A DNA stretch of 39,429 nt from Vitrella brassicaformis CCMP3155 (taxonomy: Eukaryota > Protista > Chromerida), in NCBI GenBank assembly GCA_001179505.1, contig CDMY01000629.1:1-39429 (forward strand), in the 5' to 3' direction. The translations under genes were made by a program, and so were the position numbers. Below, piece after piece: positions 30,900 through 39,429 of the stretch. Each line of letters begins with the position of its first letter. The stretch's first letter is position 1. Below the pieces are notes generated by a model. It did no database searches and was not told where the DNA came from. It saw only the letters and a program-made list of their open reading frames with translations.

Positions 30900-33800
30900 A
30901 TTCGCCCTTATGCATGGTCGCTCCACGAAAATGCTGCCTTCAGAAGATGGCTGTCTTTTGGAAACTTATGAATAGCCTGTAAACAGGTGTAGACATCCCC
31001 GCTTGGATACTTATCATTGTTTCGATGAGGTCGTGTCGTTGGCTCACTGTCGTGGGGAATGACGGTGCCGTCCGCGAGCATCATATCAGCCTTAAGAAAG
31101 GCGGCAGGGGCCGGGCTCTTGGGCATGAGTTCTTCCAGCAGCATGTCCATAACTGACATGGCTGGCTCTACGTCCTCAGCCTGCAGGCGGCCATCACAGA
31201 GAGAAAGAGAGAAGATAAAATTCGGCCCGAGAGTGGGGGAGATGGGCAGAGGGCGACGTGTACACACTGGGTGGCATTGCAATGTGCGGTTTTCCTGACC
31301 GTCTGGGTGTTGGTGGATGCCCAACCCGTGAGATAAACCCACACCCTCCTGTCAGACAGCATACGGCAGCCGGTCAACGAGGGAGTGCACCATGTGGCAT
31401 TCCTTTCTCCTCACCTGAGGAACTCCATCCTTATCAGTCCCTCACACACAGACCTGCACACAGCACACAGACAGCAAACGGATTCAGTGCAGCGCCACAC
31501 ATCATGATGGCGTGAATGCAAGAAGAGATGTCAGCGGTCTTTCCTCCTTTGGCCCCTTCCATACTCACCGTTGTGGTCTCGTCGCAGCGACCTTGGGGGC
31601 TCCTCAGCAGCTCCTTACGGCGGCTCTACGGCGGCTTTCTCGCCTCAAGAGGGCTCACTCGACCAATTGCACTCGACGCGGAAAGGTGCCGCAGTTGTTG
31701 GCGCTCGATTTCACCTCTCGTTTTCACAGCGAGAACCTTATTCGCTCGAGACCTTATTCGCGAGCTGCTGGCCTCTTTTTTTTGTGTGTTCTACGTGAAA
31801 GTCTGTGCCCTCGTAGCAGTTGCCGCTCGCAAACAGCGCCGTGCCGTCGCCGTGGATGCGCTCGTCGACCCACTGGCCCTCGAACACCGCACCGTCGGCG
31901 TCGCTGAACGTGCCCTGGCCCTCGTCCTCGTACTTCTCGTGCCCTGCACACACCACACCACACCATGACACGTGGACCGACGGATGGATGGTTGCATTTG
32001 TTTCGGTGTGCTGGTGTCGCTGGCTCACTGCTGTGAGGGATCACGGTGCCATCGGGGAGCAGAAGATCAGCCCTCAGAAACGCGGTTGGCGGCGGGCGCT
32101 TGGGCACCAGCTCGGCGACTAACATGTCCATGATGAACATTGGTGGCTCCTCGTCCTCCGGCTGCACGCGGCCATCACAGAGAGAGAGAAGATGAAATGC
32201 GGCCCGAGAGTGGGGGAGATAGGCAGACGGCGACGTGTACACACTGGGTAGCATTGCAATGTGCGCTTTTCCTGACCGTCATGGTGTCGGTGTGTGTGTC
32301 CTTCAGCCTCCCTATCCCTCTCATCAGATATCCCCATAGTCCCCTGTCAGAGAGCACACGGCAGCAACTTGAGGAACGGGGTGCACCACCTGGCCTTCCT
32401 CTCGCCTCACCGGAAGTAATCCATCTGTATCCTTGTCTGTATCAATCACTCAAAGCCCTGGCCTTCGAACAACTCACCGTGGCCCTCGCGGCTGCCAACC
32501 ACAAACTCGTCCTCGTACTTGTCCTTCCCTGCACACACCACACCATGACACGTGGACCGATGGACCGATGGATGGTTGCATTTGTTTTCGTGTGCTCGTG
32601 TCGCTGGCTCACCGTCGTGGGGGACGACGATGCCGTCCGGGAGCATCATATCTGCCTTCAAGAAGGCGGCAGGGGCGGGCACGGGCACCAGCTCCTCTAT
32701 CAGTAGATCCATAATCGACAGGGCTGGCTCTTCTACGTAGTCGGCCTGCACGCAGCCATCACACAGAGAAAGAGAGAAGATGAAATGCGGCCGAGAGTGG
32801 GGGAGATGGGAAGAGAGAAACATTTACTGGGTAGCATGATGTGCCCTTTTCCTGACCGTCTTGGTGGTGTTGGATGTGTCATTCTGCCCTGCTGCCCAAC
32901 CCGTGAGATAATCCCACACACGCTTGTCAGACAGCAGACGGGAGCCGGTCAACGAGGGGAGTGCACCACGTGGCATTCCTCTCTCCTCACCTGAAGAAGT
33001 CCATCCTTATCAAACTCTCACAGACCTGCACACAGCACACAGACAGCAAACGCACTCATTTGGCGTCACGTCCGATGTAGTGCAGCGCCACACATCACCA
33101 TGGCGTGAATGCAGGAAAGAAATGTCAGCGACCTTTTCCCCTTTGCCCCCTCCCATACTCACCGTTATGGTCTGGCGGCAGTGCCCTCCTCGGGGCTCCT
33201 CAACAGCGCGTTGCAGCCCTGGAAGTTGTTGGCGCACCTCTCGTTTCACCTCTCGTTCTCACAGGCAGAAAGTCAATTTCCACTTGATCTCCTTTGCTCC
33301 GAACTGCCGCTGTTGTTGCTGAATCCTCCGAGCTTCTGAGCTCGCAGTTCAGAATCTGTGTCCTCAGTGACGCCCGGGCTCCTCCACAATGCCTCGCGGT
33401 TCTCTCGCCTTACGAGGGCTCAGCGATTATCAGCGGTTTAACGCAATTGGTTTAACGCAACCTCAGCGAAGTGGTGCTCAGAGGTGAAGCGTCGGCGTGG
33501 CTGAACGTGTCCTGGCCCTCGCGCTTGCCAAACAGAATGTGTACCGTTTGGCCGCCTCGATGCGCTTCATGGACGTTGCCATGGCCTCCTTCTCCCTCCC
33601 TTGCTGACTCTGCACATACCCACACGCCATGCCACGCCAGGCATAGAGAGAGAGACGGATGTGTATGCTATGTGTGTCTGTGTGTGTGAAGACATGGGTG
33701 TGTGGTGGGGATGGGGTGGTTTTCGGCTGACTGACCATCGCGTTCTTGATGAGATAGTCCAGCCCCTCCTTCAACAACTTCTTCTGCAGCTGAGGGACCG

Positions 33801-34400
33801 CACACAAACGCAACGTGTTCATCGTGCCGTCCATCCATTCGTCCGATGTGCCCCCGCTCGGCTCACCTTGTGGGTGATCTGCATATCAAACAGATGGGCG
33901 GCCTTCTCCTTCCTGACACTATCGTCATCGGCCTCGGCCTCAGCCTGGGGTGGGGTAGCGGTGGGGTGGCTGTGTGGCACCACTGTGGCGTCGGGCAGCA
34001 TCATATCACCGTCCACACGCAGAAGGGGGGGTTCGTGGTGGGGGGGCACCAGCGCCATCACCACCTCGTCCATCATGGACAGATACATCCCGCCTCCTTC
34101 CTAAACACACAGATCCATACGCACACGACCACACAACTTAGTGCGATGGACGGCATGTGTGGGTGGATGTCGGGCGGATACATCTGACCGTGTGCTGCTG
34201 CCGGTTGCCCGTGATCCCTTCCCATGCATTGATATCATCCCTCGAGGCCTCCCATTTCTGTGTGTGTGTGTCGCTGCCGTGTTCCTTTGCTTATCCTCAC
34301 CGTGTCAAACCCATTGCTCCGCGTCCTCTCCTCTTCGCTCGACGCTCGCCACTGGCGTGCGCTTCTCCTCCACGCTATGGGAACTGAGTGGCTCCGGCTC
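30900..34400 (-). pseudogene. Tandem array of four truncated paralogs sharing a conserved N-terminal exon and degenerate MORN repeats
   Basis: Shared exon MD(M/L/E)(L/V)..ELxP....(A)FL(K/R)(A/V)D(G)D?M(M/L)L(P/A)D(G/A)TV(I/V)PH at about 31042-31195, 32030-32170, 32610-32750 and 33960-34088; MORN-like EGQGTFSDADGAVFEGQWVDERIHGDGTALFASGNCYEG (31805-31945), GSREGHGELFEGQG (about 32450-32520), GKREGQDTFSHADAS (about 33485-33535). Confidence 0.7.
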
Positions 34401-34584
34401 TCTCGGAAGGCCGATTCGTTTGGTCACGAACGTTCGTTCTTCAGTCAACGGACACCAAAACCGGCCCGAGAGAACGAAGAAAGCTCTTTTCTGCGCCGCT
34501 GCATCTTTTTTTTTGTTTGTGTTGCGTGAAAGTCTCGACGAGCTCCGTTTTACGCCAAACTCTAACCCGTCTTCTCGACGTCAT

Positions 34585-36053
34585 ATGGGCCTCCCGTGGT
34601 AGGCAGGCACTATTCGACAGCACAGTCAGCCTTCGAAAGCACGAAAGATCTGCCGGCGTTACGTCATCTATCGTCTCATGCGTCTCGTCTATGGATGAGT
34701 GTAGGTGGAAGCGGCGCCTGCTGTGGGCGTTGAAGGGCGATGCGTCGCTGCTGCCGTCGCACATTGCCATCATCATGGACGGCAACAGGCGGTTCGCACG
34801 CAAGAAGCACCTCGGCACTGGCGAGGGCCACCGCTCGGGATTCAACAAACTGCACGAGGTAGGCGGATCAGAATGCAGACACAGACACAGACACAGACAC
34901 AGACACAGAAACACAGACACACAGACACACAGCCAGACAAGTGTTGTGTGTTGATCGGTTTCGTTGATGTTCGTGTCAGACGCTCGAGATGTGTCTGGAG
35001 TTGGGGATCCGCCACGTGACGGTGTATGCCTTTTCTGTGGACAACTTCAACCGCTCGGCCGAGGAGGTGGAGGACCTCATGGACCTCGCTCAGGAGAAAC
35101 TGTCCGACGTTATGTGGCAGCGGTCGGTCAGCCTGCACAAGAATGAAACGATGACTGACACATAATGCAGCCTTGGTGGGTGGCTGCTTGTGTTGTTGGT
35201 GTGTGCGTGTGTGCAGCGACTTCCTGCAGGCGAATGAGGTGCAGATCCGGGTGGCTGGGGACATGTCCTTGCTGCGGCCGTCACTTCGCGCAGCCGTCGA
35301 GCAGCTCACGCAAGCCACTCAACACCACAGCAAGTGAGTGACTGTGGAAGGCCTTGCACCCATTCAGTCATTCGCTGTCGCATTGTCTGTCATTCGTCGC
35401 TCCTCTCTCCTTTGTGTCTGTTGGCCAGGGCGATTTTGACTGTGTGTCTGGCCTACGGCTCCCGCCACGAGATGCACGAGGCCATGAGGCGCTCAGCAGA
35501 GGCACAGCCCAGCCCTTCACCAGCCCCACGCCCATCGTCGCTCGAGCAGCCCCCCACCCACAACAGCAGCAGCAGCAGCAGCAGCAGCGGCGGCGGCAGG
35601 TCCGATGAGGCTGCGGTCTCTCTCCCCAGTGACGGCATTGCCCCCTCTTTCGACGCCTTTCTGTATACTGCGGGTCTGCCGGACCCCGACCTCCTCATAC
35701 GCACATCCGGTGGGTGGGCGGGCGAGATAGGGAACACCCATCTGCAGGCAGACAATGTCTGTTGATATGTATTGTGTGCAGGGGAAACGAGGCTGTCGGA
35801 CTTCCTGCTGTGGCAGGTGGGTGAGCGAATTTCGCTTCTTCGATTTCTTGTCGGGTATCGTATCCTGTCTGTCTGTCTTGTCCTGTTTTCATTATCTTGG
35901 TGTGGACTGCAGGTGTGTGAGCGGACGAGCTTCTACTTCACGCCGGTGCTGTGGCCCGAGATGACCACCCTGCAGTTCATCAGCCTCATCCTGCACTACC
36001 AGATATTCGCCGACCACCACACCAAACACACAACCACGGCGGGCGCCAATTAG
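34585..36053 (+). CDS. DHDDS: cis-prenyltransferase (dehydrodolichyl diphosphate synthase catalytic subunit, UPPS/Rer2 family; about 294 aa)
   Basis: Exons 34585-34598, 34705-34858, 34980-35122, 35217-35333, 35429-35709, 35782-35816, 35913-36053 (885 nt). Motifs [73 protein letters not shown]. Confidence 0.95.
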
Positions 36054-36607
36054 ACACATTGGCGCCAATTAGACAAGGTGACTTAAATCTGGCAAGATGA
36101 GCAGCCCAAGCAGACAGAAGACTTAGTGGGGTGGGTGCGTCTGCTGTGTCTGTTGTGGTGGCTTGGCTTGGTGCATCCATCTCTCCATCCAGCCAAGCGT
36201 GCCGTGGGGGTGGGGTGAATAATGGGGCGGTACGGCAAACACATACAGCCGGGGCCATGGCAGCCACATCGCTTTCCCTCCTTCCTGCCTGCCTGCCACT
36301 CATGAGCCGGGAGGGGGAGCGAGTGTCTGTGCACTGCAGTGAGTGATATCGACACACATAGAAATGCGGACTGAGTGGAGTGAGTGTACACCGACTGACT
36401 GACTGACGAAGCACTCACTGTCCAGTCAGTTCACTTGCACACGTGCGTCGAGATCTCTGCATGGATTAGATTAGTACTTGCGTACTGCGTCCCTCCCCTC
36501 CCCCAGTCAGTCTCTTCCTTCCCCATTAATGGCTCAGGATGCGTGGCCTGCACCGTCATCCATCCATCCATCCATCCAACTGCTCACTCGCTAGTCAGTG
36601 TGTCTAT

Positions 36608-37691
36608 CTACTGGCTGCCCGACCCCCCATGTCTGTCCTGGTACGTGTGCCACACCGCATACACCAGCAGCGCAGTCATCACCCCAAACACGCCAATCTG
36701 CACACAGCACACACGCATTGCAGACAGACAAGACACGGACACACCGCATCCATCCACAACTCAGACCAGACAGCACAGAGCGCTTACCAACAGAAGAAAT
36801 CGCCATGCAGGCGGCTCGCTGTCTGCACAGAGATTCAGACACAGACAGACAGACAGGCAAGGGAAGGGAAGGAGGGCAATCGGCCAATAGGTCGGCCATC
36901 GTCCTGCATCGCATGACCGTACCGTACCTTCCCCCCAGAGGTAGTTGAACGCCGCCTGTGAGTCGGGATTCTCCTCCAGAAACTTGCTGTACGCTTTAGT
37001 GACCTCCCCCTCCAAATCAAACACATCCTCCTCTCCACCATCACCATGCTCGCCCGCCCCCTCTGCCCCTGGCCCGCTGTCGGAAGCCGCTGAACCTGCA
37101 GCTGATCCTGCTGCTGCTGTAGCTGCTGCTTTGGCGGCAAGTTTGGCCGCCCTGTCCCGTTGCATTTTGTGGCTCATCTTCATGAGCAGCATGGCGCACT
37201 GCGCGTGGGTCTGCACGTTGTCGGGGACGCTGTAGATGCAGTCCTTGAACACACCCAACGCACCCTAGGGATACATACATTGCCATACCACACACACACA
37301 CAGGCAGTGATGGTGCGTCCGTCTGTCTGTCTGTCTGTCTGCTGTGTGTGGGGGAGGGGGAGGGTGATGTGCGTGCCTGTGGGTCGTTTTGTCTGATGAG
37401 TGTTTGGCACAGGTTGAGGTAGGCCAGGTCGGCGGTGGGGTCCTCGTCAAGTACATGACGAAAGCGCTCACTCGCCGACTCCAACTTGCCCGCACCCAAA
37501 TAGGCCGATCCTGCAGGGCGGACAGGACAAAAGCAGATTGATTGACATACAACAGACAGACAGGGTGGTTGGGGTGCTGGCTGGCCCGCTACCTAGGTTG
37601 TGGTGCGCCATGAGGTCGTCAGGGTAGTGGGCGACGATCTCCCGGTACAGCGATATGGCTTCCTCCCACTCCTCGCGAGAATAGCGAACCT

Positions 37692-37725
<34 letters not shown>

Positions 37726-39299
37726 AGAAAGGTTGGAGGGAGGGAGGGAGGGAGGGAGGGAGGAAGCACACACACACACACACACACACGTCTGGGTGTC
37801 TTTGTCTGTCCATCCATCCATCCATCCATCCATCACTGTGTTGACTTGCCTGTGCGAGATGCACTTTGGCCTGGAAATTCGCGGGGTTGACCTTCAGACA
37901 CTCGTGTAGCAGCTCCACTGACCTGCACACACGCACACACACACACGCACACACACACACGCACACACACGCACACACACACATACAAACCCACTGCCAG
38001 CCGGCCACCGTTCCCCCCAGCTTTTCCTTACCTCTGCGTCGCGGCGATGCGCCGCTTCAGTGCAGAAGCCTCGTCTTCGGCTGCTGCTGGCCTCTCGTCC
38101 AGTTTTGGTATCTCTTCGCCAGTGGCGCCCTCGCCGCTGTCACCGCCCTCTGCCTCTGTGTGGGCGGTGGGGGTGTCGGGCCGGACTGCCTGGTCGAACA
38201 GAGCCATGGCCAGCAGGTTGAGGGCGGTCTCGGACCTGCAGACAGACACATACACACACGACACACACGCGAATGTGGGAGTGATGTGGTGTCTGTTTCG
38301 TGTTGATTCAGCATGCTTACCTGGGTTCGAACGTAAGGGCGGTCTCGTAGCTGGAAATGGCCTTTCCGAAATCGTTGGCCTGACATACACACACACACAC
38401 ACACACACGCACACAAATAAACATACAGCACGTTCAGAACACCGTCACATGTGAACAGAGTTGTGGTGCGCATGGGTGGCTGGATGGCCGGACGGACGCA
38501 CGGACGGACGGACCTCTTGGTAAGCGAGGCCGAGGAATTTCCACAGCCGGGCGTCCTTGGGAAGCAGCACAAGAGACCTGACACACACACAGGGGGGCAT
38601 CAATCACATCAACACGCACACTGAACACGCCACTGGACCCGTCGTCTCTCTCACCTCTCGTAAAACGATATTGCCTGCTCGATGTTGCCCTGGTCATACT
38701 CGAGGTTCCCCAGAAGCGTCAGCAGCCCGCCCCAACCCTTCCTCCCCTCCTGCACCGTCCCCTGGCCACCATCACCATCACCCCCACCCCCACCCCCACC
38801 ACCGCCCTTCTGTCTGTCCATGCGATCGACAAACCTCCGGAGCTCATCCCTGGCCCTTTCTAGGTCGCCTTGCTTGATGAGGCACAGCACCAGCCACCGC
38901 ATGCTGCCGATGTCTGACGGGTCCTTGCCCAGCGCGACGCGGCACTTCTTGATCTGGGCGTCCAATGCCGCGCGGTCCGCGGGCTCTGCAGCTGCTGCCG
39001 CATCGGTGTGATCAGGCTGATTATGTTGCTGAGACGGCTGGGACGGCTGTGAGCTGAGGATAGAAACAGCAATTGTGACACACAGAATGGTCTGCATTGC
39101 ATGCACTCACTACGGCATATATCGACACGCACCTGGCATCGTTGGTGTGTTCCTCGACGGTCTCGGTGACGGTGGAGAGGGCGCTGATGTTGCCCTTCCG
39201 TGCTGACGCCTCATCACCGCCGCCCTTGCGATGCCTTAGACCAGACGAATGACCAGACGACTCATTGTCGGCCGCCGACGATGGATCAGACGACATCAT
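36608..39299 (-). CDS. Multi-TPR protein with C-terminal transmembrane anchor (about 552 aa)
   Basis: 11 exons (39133-39299, 38655-39053, 38514-38577, 38321-38379, 38032-38235, 37850-37922, 37593-37689, 37377-37510, 36928-37264, 36788-36822, 36608-36697; 1659 nt in frame; two GC donors). TPR motifs LGNLEYDQGNIEQAISFYERSLVLLPKDARLWKFLGLAYQE and AHHNLGSAYLGAGKLESASERFRHVL; C-terminal WRFLLLIGVFGVMTALLVYAVW. Confidence 0.88.
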
Positions 39300-39429
39300 T
39301 GCGTCGGTTGGTTGGTTGGTTCTTGTGTTTAACGAGACTCGTGTCTGTAACCCCGAGGGGATCCTGTCCAGGTCACGCACTAAACTAGCAGCATGCACAT
39401 GCATAGAAGCATGCACACGGCCTGTCTCC

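Overview
Intron-rich eukaryotic genomic DNA. It has short GT-AG introns full of CA/CAGA/CCAT microsatellites and four 300-N placeholder gaps; the style suggests a chromerid-type alveolate such as Vitrella (inference only). Splice models that I phase-checked by hand give: (1) a secreted GH3 beta-glucan exohydrolase with an N-terminal Cys-rich plus PAN/apple-like extension (399-3656,+); (2) a head-to-head pair of bacterial-type Big_5/Ig-like + aryl-sulfate sulfotransferase (ASST) genes, one intact (11349-13977,+) and one pseudogenised (5023-10595,-); (3) a divergent GroES/Cpn10-like gene (about 15626-15990,-); (4) a tandem array of four truncated MORN-repeat paralogs (about 30900-34400,-); (5) a DHDDS-type cis-prenyltransferase (34585-36053,+); (6) a tail-anchored TPR protein (36608-39299,-). 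The dead ASST copy is the most informative part, because the intact paralog shows the empty state of each site. It carries a 5'-truncated REL-endonuclease non-LTR retrotransposon fused in frame (4-bp TSD), a >=1.58-kb insertion with a perfect 14-bp TSD containing an unspliced multi-exon PHD-finger gene fragment, a 57-nt paralog-specific intron with TSD/TIR-like signatures, and a frame-preserving imprecise intron loss. 23.4-30.6 kb is a modular repeat complex with direct and long inverted copies, and its core module also forms the upstream region of the GH3 gene. No rRNA, tRNA or CRISPR features were recognised.
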